The notes under the pieces are model-generated. The model was not told the origin of the DNA. It saw only the letters and a list, made by a program, of their open reading frames with translations, and searched no databases. From contig CAXHJY010000001.1 in NCBI GenBank assembly GCA_964016885.1, positions 744,001 to 808,000 of the forward strand: a stretch of DNA of 64,000 nucleotides, read 5' to 3'. Origin of the DNA: Eledone cirrhosa (Eukaryota). The position numbers were made by a program, and so were the translations under genes. Within the stretch, counting starts at the first letter, position 1. Each line of letters starts with the position of its first letter. Below, piece after piece: positions 25,373 through 37,254 of the stretch.

Positions 25373-26697
25373 ACATGGAGGAGAGATATGTATGATACAT
25401 GCTTAAAAAGAGACATAATTTATAGGAGTGAGACATGGAAGGGAAAGATGTTTGCTACATGTGTTAGAAGTGACATGATTTATAGGAGTGAGACATGGAA
25501 GGGAAAGATGTTTGCTTCATGTGTTAGAAGTGACATGATTTATAGGAGTGAGACATGGAAGGGAAAGATGTTTGCTACATGTGTTAGAAGTGACATGATT
25601 TATAGGAGTGAGACATGGAAGGGAAAGATGTTTGCTACATGTGTTAGAAGTGACATGATTTATAGGAGTGAGGCATGGAAGGGAAAGATGTTTGCTACAT
25701 ATGTTAGAAGTGACATGATTTATAGGAGTGAGACATGGAAGGGAAAGATGTTTGCTACATGTGTTAGAAGTGACATGATTTATAGGAGTGAGACATGGAA
25801 GGGAAAGATGTTTGCTACATGTGTTAGAAGTGACATGATTTATAGGAGTGAGACATGGAAGGGAAAGATGTTTGCTACATGTGTTAGAAGTGACATGATT
25901 TATAGGAGTGAGGCATGGAAGGGAAAGATGTTTGCTACATATGTTAGAAGTGACATGATTTATAGGAGTGAGACATGGAAGGGAAAGATGTTTGCTACAT
26001 GTGTTAGAAGTGACATGATTTATAGGAGTGAGACATGGAAGGGAAAGATGTTTGCTACATGTGTTAGAAGTGACATAATTTATAGGAGTGAGGCATGGAA
26101 GGGAAATATGTTTGCTACATGTGTTAGAAGTGACATGATTTATAGGAGTGAGACATGGAAGGGAAAGATGTTTGCTACATGTGTTAGAAGTGACATGATT
26201 TATAGGAGTGAGACATGGAAGGGAAAGATGTTTGCTACATATGTTAGAAGTGACATGATTTATAGGAGTGAGACATGAAGGGAAAGATGTTTGCTACATG
26301 TGTTAGAAGTGACATGATTTATAGGAGTGAGACATGGAAGGGAAAGATGTTTGCTACATATGTTAAAAGTGACATGATTTATAGGAGTGAGACATGGAAG
26401 GGAAAGATGTTTGCTACATGTGTTAGAAGTGATATGATTTATAGGAGTGAGACATGGAAGGGAAAGATGTTTGCTACATGTGTTAGAAGTGACATGATTT
26501 ATAGGAGTGAGACATGGAAGGGAAAGATGTTTGCTACATGTGTTAGAAGTGACATGATTTATAGGAGTGAGACATGGAAGGGAAAGATGTTTGCTACATG
26601 TGTTAGAAGTGATATGATTTATAGGAGTGAGACATGGAAGGGAAAGATGTTTGCTACATGTGTTAGAAGTGACATGATTTATAGGAGTGAGACATGA
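25373..26697. repeat. 60-bp minisatellite, about 22 units, derived from an RTE LINE coding fragment
   Basis: Unit acatggaagggaaagatgtttgctacatgtgttagaagtgacatgatttataggagtgag. Confidence 0.9.
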
Positions 26698-26815
26698 GTG
26701 ATGAACATGGAGCAACAGAGAAAATTGGAAGAAAATGAAACGAGAATTGTCCGGTGCAATATTCCCACTACTACCACCAGTACCACCATTACCATCACAA
26801 GACATTACCCTACAG

Positions 26816-27544
26816 CAGGGGTTGGCTACTTACGGCGCACAGGCCGGTCCGGCTCAGGAAAGGATTTCGACCAGCCTGCAAGAACTTATGCCCAATGAGT
26901 TGTTTATTTAAAATTTAAATTTATTGTAACATGAGAGACGAGCCTTTCGAATACAATAAAAGGCCTGCTGTTACAACTTTGGTATTTATTGAAGATATTG
27001 TGACTCGTTTAACCCTTTAGCATTTAAACCGGCCATATCCGGCCAGAAATCTCTCACTTTTTTCTGTTCAAACCGGCTGTAACTAGCCACTCATACTGAC
27101 GTTAAGGTATTCTTCTCAAAATAAATAATATCAAAATCTCATAGATTCAATATTATGTGAGATAACTATATAAGATAAAGTGTTTACTGTGAAACTACAA
27201 TAGTAAATATAGAATAATGTAAGTGCTAAAGGGTTAAATAACTTAAATTTACAACTTCAAGGTAAAACTCAGCTCGTAAATGAAATGTATAACCATATTG
27301 TTGTCTTTGAAAAAAAGCTACAGTTGTGGGAACATCAACTTTGAAATAAAAATTATGTGCATTTTCCATCATTTCAAGGAGGGAAATCACAGGATTCAGA
27401 GGTATTTGTGAATATAATTCAAGATTTGAGAAATGAATAGTATAGTCAACACTCGAGGTTAAATTTTAGCTTGTGTAATTTTCCATAATTATTCTTTTAT
27501 GGCGTTCGTCCGGCCCGTGGAGGCAAAGAAGTTGCCAATCCCTG
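26816..27544. mobile_element. hAT-type MITE with a nested piggyBac-type MITE
   Basis: TIRs CAGGGGTTGGCTACTT / AAGTTGCCAATCCCTG; nested element at 27009-27237. Confidence 0.7.
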
Positions 27545-27571
27545 ATCTACACCAATGTTTTCCTGTTATAG

Positions 27572-27709
27572 TGTGCAGTAGTGGAAGACTTGGTGCCAAC
27601 TGTGATCAGGTGTGTCATTGTGAAGATAACAACAGGTGTAATGTGGAATTAGGGATCTGTTCAAGGGGTAGATGTGCTCCAGGTTATGAAGGAAACAGTT
27701 GTCAGAAAG
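27572..27709 (+). CDS. EGF-module exon (CSSGRLGANCDQVCHCEDNNRCNVELGICSRGRCAPGYEGNSCQK)
   Basis: ttatag| ... |gttagt; 138 nt. Confidence 0.85.
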
Positions 27710-27751
27710 GTTAGTTATTTTCATATCTCAGCTTTTATCTCTCACCAGTCC

Positions 27752-27965
27752 AGGTACTTTATTTTATCAACCCCAGTACGTTACTGGTACTTTATCAACC
27801 CCAGTACATTACTGGTACTTTACTTTATCAACCCCAGTACGTTACTGGTACTTTACTTTATCAACCCCAGTACATTACTGGTACTTTACTTTATCAACCC
27901 CAGTACGTTACTGGTACTTTACTTTATCAACCCCAGTACGTTACTGGTACTTTACTTTATCAACC
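27752..27965. repeat. 33-bp tandem repeat from a SINE B 3' segment (reverse orientation)
   Basis: Unit ttatcaaccccagtacgttactggtactttact. Confidence 0.8.
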
Positions 27966-28147
27966 TTGTTAGGATGAAAGCCAGAGCTATAACTTCAGTA
28001 GGATTTGAACCCAGTTACGTCCCTTTACGATCTGAGTTCAAATCCCGCCGAGGTTGACTTTGCCTTTCATCCTTACGGGGTCGATAAAATAAAGTACCAG
28101 TAATGTACTGTGTAATTGCTGGCCTTGTGCCTTACATAGAAACAATT

Positions 28148-28512
28148 ATTAGTTCATATAATTAGTCAATATTATTAGTCAATATAATTAGTCAATATAA
28201 TTAGTCAATATTATTAGTCAATATTATTAGTCAATATAATTAGTCAATATAATTAGTCAATATTATTAGTCAATATAATTAGTCAATATAATTAGTCAAT
28301 ATTATTAGTCAATATAATTAGTCAATATAATTAGTCAATATAATTAGTCAATATAATTAGTTAATATAATTAGTCTATATAATTAGTCAATATAATTAGT
28401 CAATATAATTAGTTAATATAATTAGTCTATATAATTAGTTAATATAATTAGTCAATATAATTAGTCAATATAATTAGTCAATATAATTAGTTAATATAAT
28501 TAGTTAATATTA
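28148..28512. repeat. 13/14-bp AT-rich tandem repeat
   Basis: (tagtcaatataat)n with variants. Confidence 0.9.
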
Positions 28513-28599
28513 CTCATAAATATTACTAGTAGAGTGGTAGTTATAATAGTTAGTATAATGAATGGTGTAGTGGTAGTTAGTAGAGCGGTAGAGTGGAGT

Positions 28600-30495
28600 G
28601 AAGCACGTGGCTTCGTAGTTAGGGTATTCGGCTTAAGATTGTAAGGTCACGAGTTCAATTCCCAGCAGTACATTGTGTCCTTGAGCAAGACACTTTATTC
28701 CATGTTGCTCCAGTCCACTGTGTCCTTGAGCAAGACACTTTATTTCATGTTGCTCCAGTCCACTGTGTCCTTGAGCAAGACACTTTATTTCATGTTGCTC
28801 CAGTCCACTGTGTCCTTGAGCAAGACACTTTATTTCATGTTGCTCCAGTCCACTGTGTCCTTGAGCAAGACACCTTATTTCATGTTGCTCCAGTCCACTG
28901 TGTCCTTGAGCAAGACACTTTATTTCACGTTGCTCCAGTCCACTGTGTCCTTGAGCAAGACACTTTATTTCATGTTGCTCCAGTCCACTGTGTCCTTGAG
29001 CAAGACACTTTATTTCATGTTGCTCCAGTCCACTGTGTCCTTGAGCAAGACACTTTATTTCATATTGCTCCAGTCCACTGTGTCCTTGAGCAAGACACTT
29101 TATTTCATGTTGCTCCAGTCCACTGTGTCCTTGAGCAAGACACTTTATTTCATGTTGCTCTAGTCCACTGTGTCCTTGAGCAAGACACTTTATTTCATGT
29201 TGCTCCAGTCCACTGTGTCCTTGAGCAAGACACCTTATTTCATGTTGCTCCAGTCCACTGTGTCCTTGAGCAAGACACTTTATTTCATGTTGCTCCAGTC
29301 CACTGTGTCCTTGAGCAAGACACCTTATTTCATGTTGCTCCAGTCCACTGTGTCCTTGAGCAAGACACTTTATTTCATGTTGCTCCAGTCCACTGTGTCC
29401 TTGAGCAAGACACTTTATTTCATGTTGCTCCAGTCCACTGTGTCCTTGAGCAAGACACTTTATTTCATGTTGCTCCAGTCCACTGTGTCCTTGAGCAAGA
29501 CACTTTATTTCATGTTGCTCCAGTCCACTGTGTCCTTGAGCAAGACACTTTATTTCATGTTGCTCCAGTCCACTGTGTCCTTGAGCAAGACACTTTATTT
29601 CATGTTGCTCTAGTCCACTGTGTCCTTGAGCAAGACACTTTATTTCATGTTGCTCCAGTCCACTGTGTCCTTGAGCAAGACACTTTATTTCATGTTGCTC
29701 CAGTCCACTGTGTCCTTGAGCAAGACACTTTATTTCATGTTGCTCCAGTCCACTGTGTCCTTGAGCAAGACACCTTATTTCATGTTGCTCCAGTCCACTG
29801 TGTCCTTGAGCAAGACACTTTATTTCATGTTGCTCCAGTCCACTGTGTCCTTGAGCAAGACACTTTATTTCATGTTGCTCCAGTCCACTGTGTCCTTGAG
29901 CAAGACACCTTATTTCATGTTGCTCCAGTCCACTGTGTCCTTGAGCAAGACACTTTATTTCATGTTGCTCCAGTCCACTGTGTCCTTGAGCAAGACACCT
30001 TATTTCATGTTGCTCCAGTCCACTGTGTCCTTGAGCAAGACACCTTATTTCATGTTGCTCCAGTCCACTGTGTCCTTGAGCAAGACACTTTATTTCATGT
30101 TGCTCCAGTCCACTGTGTCCTTGAGCAAGACACTTTATTTCATGTTGCTCCAGTCCACTGTGTCCTTGAGCAAGACACTTTATTTCATGTTGCTCCAGTC
30201 CACTGTGTCCTTGAGCAAGACACTTTATTTCATGTTGCTCCAGTCCACTGTGTCCTTGAGCAAGACACTTTATTTCATGTTGCTCCAGTCCACTCAGCTG
30301 GCAAAAATGAACTGTACCTGTAATTCGAAATGCTAGCCTTGTCACATATTGTGTCTTGCTGAATCTCCCTGAGAACTATATTATGGGTACGCGTGTTTGT
30401 GGAATACTCAGCCACTTGCATGTAAATTTCACGAGCAGGCTGTACTGTTGATTGTATCAGTTGGAACACTCATCGTAACCGATGGAGTGCCACTA
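28600..30495 (+). mobile_element. tRNA-derived SINE whose 45-bp core is amplified about 36 times (28673-30294)
   Basis: Head gcacgtggcttcgtagttagggtattcggc...gagttcaattccc, then (tgtgtccttgagcaagacactttatttcatgttgctccagtccac)n, then tcagctggcaaaaatg and the tail. Confidence 0.85.
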
Positions 30496-30504
30496 CTACT
30501 ACTA

Positions 30505-31255
30505 CAGAGTGGTAGTTATAATAGTATAGTGAATGGTATAGTGGTAGTTAGTAGCGTACTAGTTACAATAGTTAGTATAGTGAATGATTTAGTAGTAGTT
30601 AGTAGAGTACTAGTTACAATAGTTAGTATAATGAATGATGTAGTAGTAGTTAGTAGAGTACTAGTTACAATAGTTAGTATAGTGAATGATGTAGTGGTAG
30701 TTAGTATAGTGAATGGTATAGTGGTAGTTAGTAGAGTACAAGTTACAATAGTTAGTATAGTGAATGATGTAGTGGTAGTTAGTAGAGTACTAGTTACAAT
30801 AGTTAGTATAGTGATTGGTATAGTGGTAATTAGTAGAGTACTAGTTACAATAGTTAGTATAGTGAATGATGTAGTGGTAGTTAGTAGAGTACTAGTTACA
30901 ATAGTTAGTATAGTGAATGGTATAGTGGTAGTTAGTAGAGTACTAGTTACAATAGTTAGTATAGTGAATGATGTAGTGGTAGTTAGTAGAGTACTAGTTA
31001 CAATAGTTAGTATAGTGAATGGTATAGTGGTAGTTAGTAGAGTACTAGTTACAATAGTTAGTATAGTGAATGATGTAGTGGTAGTTAATAGAGTACTAGT
31101 TACAATAGTTAGTATAGTGAATGGTATAGTGGTAGTTAGTAGAGTACTAGTTACAATAGTTAGTATAGTGAATGATGTAGTAGTAGTTAGTAGAGTACTA
31201 GTTACAATAGTTAGTATAGTGGTAGTTAGTAGAGTACTAGTTACAATAGTACAGT
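30505..31255. repeat. 51-bp TAG-rich minisatellite, unrelated to the 2-13 kb unit
   Basis: Unit tagtagagtactagttacaatagttagtatagtgaatgatgtagtggtagt. A related stretch at 28528-28590 lies on the other side of the SINE. Confidence 0.9.
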
Positions 31256-31321
31256 GACTAGAAATGTGGAACAGCCGTGACTTCTTCAGAATTTGTTTAT
31301 CTATTTTTTTTGTATGTTTAG

Positions 31322-31459
31322 TTTGTGATATTGGTAAATTTGGACCCAACTGCGAAAGCATCTGTCACTGTACTGACAACAACAGGTGTAACAAACAGAC
31401 AGGTGTGTATTTTAGTGGCGGATGTGCTGGTGGTTATGAAGGTAGCAACTGTCAGACAG
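31322..31459 (+). CDS. EGF-module exon with Cys6->Tyr (CDIGKFGPNCESICHCTDNNRCNKQTGVYFSGGCAGGYEGSNCQT)
   Basis: tttag| ... |gtaagt; 138 nt; TGT>TAT leaves 7 Cys. Confidence 0.75.
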
Positions 31460-32814
31460 GTAAGTGGTGTAGTATAGCTTTGTTTGTAACTTAATATATT
31501 GAAACAAGATGACAGTAGGTGTAACACAGAGACAGATGTAACACAGAGACAGGTGTAACACAGAGACAGGTGTGTGTTATAGTAGAATGTGTGGTGCTGA
31601 TTATAAAGGTATCAACTGTCAGACAGGTATGTGTTCCAGCGGAAGATGTGGTGCTGGTTGTGGAAGTAGCAACTGTCAGACAGGTGTGTGTTCCAATGGA
31701 GGGTGTGGTGCTGGTTATAAAGGTAGCATCTGTTCCATCTCAATGCATCAGAACAGCATGAAATTTGAAGAGTCTGGTGTTTTGACTCTCAGCAAGGTGT
31801 CTCCATCAACCTCAATGTGTCAGACACACCATTCATCTTCTCTTTTAAGCCATATATATATATCTCTATATATATATGTAATCTGAGTTTTTCGAATATT
31901 AATAATTGTTTCTACTTTTGGCACAAGGCCAGCAATTACCCAGTGTATTACTGGTACTTTATTTTATCGACCCCATAAGGATGAAAGGCAAAGTTAACCT
32001 CAGCGGGATTTGAACTCAGAATAGCAAGGGCCGTAACTTTATGCGTCAAAGCATGGTCCGACCCTCTACCGATACTGCCAATCTACCGCCCTTTTCGAAT
32101 ATTAATAATAGCATTCGATTCGTCTGCAATTATGCAAACAAGCCTCAATTTTAAAGCCATGTCAATAGAATGAACCCATCATTCTTGCTCTTGTGTTGGC
32201 ATGTAAACAGAATTGCAGACACTAATTTTTCTGGGTATCAGCCTTCATCAGTACAGCTCACTCTTCACCTGCCAACTGTCAGAGCTAGTGAAAATATATA
32301 CTATTTTCTAAAATATACAGTGGCTGATCGGCCTGATTTCCATATTAGCAGACTGGCTGATCAGTCAGATCTGCATATTAGCAGATCCACTGATCAGCCA
32401 GATTTGTATATCAGCAGACTGGCCAGTCAGTTTCCTGTATACGAGCAATAAATGACCGGCTTTGCCACATTCAAATAAAATAAAATTTCCACTCTACATG
32501 GCTGAATACAATAAATGTAATCTGAGGAGATGACGAAGGACCGTGACAAGTGGAGAGATGCTGCGCTGAATAGAACCCGTCCAACCCTTGCAAGCAGGGA
32601 AAGGCGGACGTAAAATGATGATGATGATGATGATGATTGTGTGTAAACAGAGATAACAACACAATCGGTACAGTATATGGAAAGAAAATATTAGGTTAAC
32701 ACTTGAAATAGCAACAAGAGGGTTTTAAGGTTTTGGACGCTAGTCCTTCATCAGAAGAAAGAATGAGAAATTAGAAAGATTGAAGGGACAGGCAGGGTGG
32801 AATCAGAAAAAAAA

Positions 32815-32855
<41 letters not shown>

Positions 32856-33610
32856 TATATTTATATATATATATATTTAAGAAAATCAACAAAGAAAAGA
32901 GAAGACAGCGAACGAAAACAAAACAAAACAAAAAAACAATTTTTAAAAAGGAAACCGTTAAACCATAAAGCTACAAAAAACATACAATTTTGTGTGACAT
33001 TAGTGAAAAAAATATATATCATCACCATCACCCTTTTACGTCCATTCTTCCATGGGTTAGACCGGTTGTCCTGTTGTAGGCAATGCCAGGTCGAGTGACC
33101 TTGTCTTGCTCATATGGGAACTGATGCTGGCTTGATTTCTACAGCTGGATGCCCTTCCTAACACCAACCTCATTTACAGTGAGTGCTAGGTGCTTTTTTA
33201 CCGTGGCGCCTACATGTCCACTTTACAGTGTGGGCTGGGTGCTTTTTTGTCATGACACCTCCACGACCACTTTGCAGTGGGAGGAGGGGGTGGGGGCATA
33301 TTTTCCATATGCTTCAGCTTCGGCTTGTACCCTAGGGAAGTCAGGTCTTCTGCATATATATATATTAAGTGTTTCCGAAGGAAAGGAGAGTGCACTATGT
33401 AAGCTACAGAGCTATTTAGTTATGTAATAAACAACATAAGACAATTATTCCATTTACCAAAGGTTTCACGAAGACAGACGAGCTCGTCAGTCTTCATAAA
33501 ACCTTTGGTAAATGGAATAATTGTCTTATGTTGTTTAATGGCGCATGTCTCTCGGACATGACACCCTTAATTTAATTTTGGAATTATATATATTTTTTTT
33601 TCTGCCATAG

Positions 33611-33748
33611 TTTGTCAATATGGAAGGTTTGGTGCCAAGTGCAGCAGTATATGTCACTGTACAGACAACAGCAAGTGTACCCCAGTATCAGGGACCTGTT
33701 CAAGTGGGGGTTGTATTGCTAGATATGAGGGTAACAATTGTCAGTTAA
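33611..33748 (+). CDS. EGF-module exon (CQYGRFGAKCSSICHCTDNSKCTPVSGTCSSGGCIARYEGNNCQL)
   Basis: ccatag| ... |gtaagt; 138 nt; not in the ORF track. Confidence 0.85.
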   Translation, partial: FVNMEGLVPSAAVYVTVQTTASVPQYQGPVQVGVVLLDMRVTIVS

Positions 33749-34091
33749 GTAAGTATATATTTGTTGTTGTTGCTATTGTTGTTTTGTTGTTGTTATTTTG
33801 TTATTGATGGGCAACAGCAACAAACTCCCTCTTACACCAATGGCCAGACAACACAGGCTGGAGATAGAATGTGTAGCAACAAGAGCGGTGCCCCAGCATG
33901 GCCTCTGCCAGATGGCTGGAACAGGTAAAAATGTAAGGGATGTTGTTGATGACTGCTATTTTTGTTTGCTGTTGTTATTTTGTTATTGTTTTTGTTGTTG
34001 CTATTGTTGTTTGTTTTTGTTATTCATGTTATTGTTGTTGATGATGGTTGCTGTTGTTGTTGTTGATGTTTACTGTTATTCTTGTACATTC

Positions 34092-34910
34092 TCTACATTT
34101 CACATCTCACACAATTCACATCTATATTTCACATTATACAATTCACACCTTTACATTTCACATATCCTACATTTCACATCTCTTACATTTCACATCACCT
34201 ACATTTCACATCTCTTACATTTCACATCTCCTACATTTCACATCTCTTACATTTCACATCTCTTACATTTCACATCACCTACATTTCACATCTCTTACAT
34301 TTCACATCTCTTACATTTCACATCTCTTACATTTCACATATCTTACATTTCACATCTCTTACATTTCACATCTCCTACATTTCACATCTCCTACATTTCA
34401 CATCTCCTACATTTCACATCTCCTACATTTCACATCTCCTACATTCCTCATCCCTACATTCCTCATCCCTACATTTCACATCACCTACATTTCACATCTC
34501 TTACATTTCACATCACCTACATTTCACATCTCTTACATTTCACATCCTTACATTTCACATCTCTTACATTTCACATCTCCTACATTTCACATCCTTACAT
34601 TTCACATATCCTACATTTCACATATCCTACATTTCACATCACCTACATTTCACATCTCTTACATTTCACATCTCTTACATTTCATATCTACTACAGTTCA
34701 CATATCCTACATTTCACATCTCCTACATTCCTCATCCCTACATTCCCCATCCCTACATTCCTCATCCCTACATTTCACATCACCTACATTTCACATCCCT
34801 ACATTTTACACCCACTACATTTCATATTCCTACATTTCACATCCCATACATTTCACATCCCATACATTTCACAACTCATACATTGTATATCACATACATT
34901 TCACATCTCA
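34092..34910. repeat. 15-17-bp pyrimidine-rich tandem repeat
   Basis: (tacatttcacatctcy)n; source of the spurious His-rich ORFs. Confidence 0.9.
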
Positions 34911-34951
34911 TTCCATCTAACTTCTATATTCTTCATATTTAATGTACCCAG

Positions 34952-35089
34952 AGTGTAGAAGTGGTAAATTTGGTGACAACTGTATTAACTCATGTCACTG
35001 TGCCAACAACAGCAAGTGTGACCCCATCACAGGTGTATGTTCCAGTGGTGGCTGTGAAGCTGGCTATCAAGGTAGCAATTGTCAGACAG
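34952..35089 (+). CDS. EGF-module exon (CRSGKFGDNCINSCHCANNSKCDPITGVCSSGGCEAGYQGSNCQT)
   Basis: acccag| ... |gtgagt; 138 nt. Confidence 0.88.
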
Positions 35090-36693
35090 GTGAGTCATTC
35101 AGTAGATCTTCTATGCTATTTGTATTTCTAGGTGAGCACATGGCACTTCAAAGTGAGATTCCAAACTTACCAAGGAAAGAGTGACATGAAAAGACCGAGG
35201 CTCCTTTGGGGTGCATTTTTGTCAGAGGCCAGTTAAACCTACATAGGTAGAGCTGTAACAACATGATAGGCCTGGGGTCCTTATTATTAAAACACCCAGA
35301 ATATTTCCCATGGAGTGCATCCTTGTAGGCGGCCAGCCAAACCTACATAAATGTGAGCTGTAACAACAACATGATAGGCATGGTGTCCTTACCATTGAAA
35401 CACCCAGAATACTTCCTATGGGGTGACAACCTCATAGGAGGCCGACTAAGCCTATAAAGGTGCTTGTTTAAAAAAAATAAAACTTGACTATAAACCAAAT
35501 GGATACACCATTTTTTCTCTTCTTCACTGATACTCTCCCCATGTGCCTTCTCCTCCTGCTTTCCACCACTACTATATTGGACTCTGTTCCTCGGAGTATT
35601 CTAGGTTCATGCCACCTCCACTCAGACATTTTCAACTGACTCCTCTCTCTTCTTTTCGTCCCACATTTTGTATCCACTTGGTGCCACCCTAATTAGTACA
35701 ACCTCTCAAGAACTGGTGCACCCAGGCCACTCAGTAAAGTGATTGGTTACAAGAAGAATACCCAACCAGTAAAACCAAGCCAAAACTATGTAAAGCACAA
35801 ATGTACCAATGTTTTTAATTAACCCTTTCGTGTTCAAACTGGCCCAAACCGGCCAGAATTCTCTACCTCTTTCTGTTGATATTGGCTGTAACTGGTCGCT
35901 CAAACTGATGTTAAGGTATTGTTCTCAAAATAAATACTTTCAAAATCTCATAGATTCGATATTATGTGAGATAATTATGTGAGATAAAGCCTTTACCATG
36001 AAAATACACAATAGTATATATAGAGTAATGTGAATGGTAAAGGGTTAATAATGATTTCTTAATTTTGGAGTAAAGAGAAAGTCAGTTGATTATATCTACC
36101 CCAGTATTTAACTGGTACATTATTTTATCAAGCTTGTAAAAATGACATTCAAGTTTGACCTGAGCAAGATTTGAACTCAGAACTCAGAAGTTCTGCAAAG
36201 CATTTCATCCAACAAACACTCCAACAGTTCTGCCCATTTCTTTCCCTTTTACAACAAAAGGATGACATTGTTCATCTAGAAAACACACGTGGTGTTTATG
36301 AGGCTGTTTGCTGGCAAACAAACTGAATATTAATGATATTATAATACTATTATAACATTATTGTTATCCAGTGCATTACTAATAAAGTACCAGTAATACA
36401 CTGGGATAATTGCTAGCCTTGTGCAAAAAGTAGAAATAATTATTATTGAATCGTGAGGGTGGTGGATTGGCAGTATCGGTAGAGCGTCGGATGCCATGCT
36501 TTGCAGCATAGAGTTATGGTTCTTTACGGTCTGAGTTCAAATCCCACAGAGGTTAACTTTGCCTTTCGACCTTACGGGGTCGATAAAATAAAGTACCAGT
36601 AATGCACTGGGGTAATTGCTGGCCTTATGTCAAAAGTCGAAACAATTCTTATTCACTCATGAATAAATAATAAATAATAGCTCTATATTTCAG

Positions 36694-36831
36694 AGTGCTC
36701 CAGTGGCAAGTTTGGTAAAGATTGTAGCTATAGCTGTCACTGCTATGACAATAGCACGTGTAACCCTAAATCTGGTACCTGTTCGAGTGGTGGGTGTACA
36801 CCTGGCTATAAAGGTAACAACTGTCAAACAG
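36694..36831 (+). CDS. EGF-module exon (CSSGKFGKDCSYSCHCYDNSTCNPKSGTCSSGGCTPGYKGNNCQT)
   Basis: tttcag| ... |gtgagt; 138 nt; not in the ORF track. Confidence 0.88.
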
Positions 36832-37116
36832 GTGAGTGAAATGAAAGAAGCTAATTACTATGTGCAACATATATGAATTCTTGTTTTATCTCTCCAAACT
36901 TTAGGGTGTTCTTTATTAGTCATTCCCAAAGTGGGATCCATGGAACCCAAGGGTTCTGCAAATGAATGTCTGGGGTTCCATGAAAAAAAGGTAGAGAAGT
37001 ATATTTATATTCAAACCATATAAAAATATGAGACTGGGATTCCGCCAGAAGTTTCTGAACCAAAAAGGGTTTGCTTTTTTTTTTATTAACAAACAATGTT
37101 TTTGTTTCTTTGAAAG

Positions 37117-37254
37117 TCTGCCAGAATGGTAGATTTGGCAGCAACTGTGAAGGTATATGTCACTGTGTAGACAGCAACAAATGTGACTCAGTGACAGGAA
37201 TATGTTCTGACGGAAGATGTGTTGCTGGTTTTGAAGGAAGAAACTGCCAAAATG
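37117..37254 (+). CDS. EGF-module exon (CQNGRFGSNCEGICHCVDSNKCDSVTGICSDGRCVAGFEGRNCQN)
   Basis: tgaaag| ... |gtgagt; 138 nt. Confidence 0.85.

Noticed and set aside
6500-30294. CRISPR-like appearance of the arrays
   Set aside because: No unique spacers, no cas genes, and the context is eukaryotic introns.
28633-30345. 570-aa (GHSGLEQHEIKCLAQ)n ORF
   Set aside because: Antisense translation of the 45-bp SINE-core array.
33798-34958. His/Ser/Thr-rich ORFs in three frames
   Set aside because: G-free simple repeat that lacks stop codons for compositional reasons.
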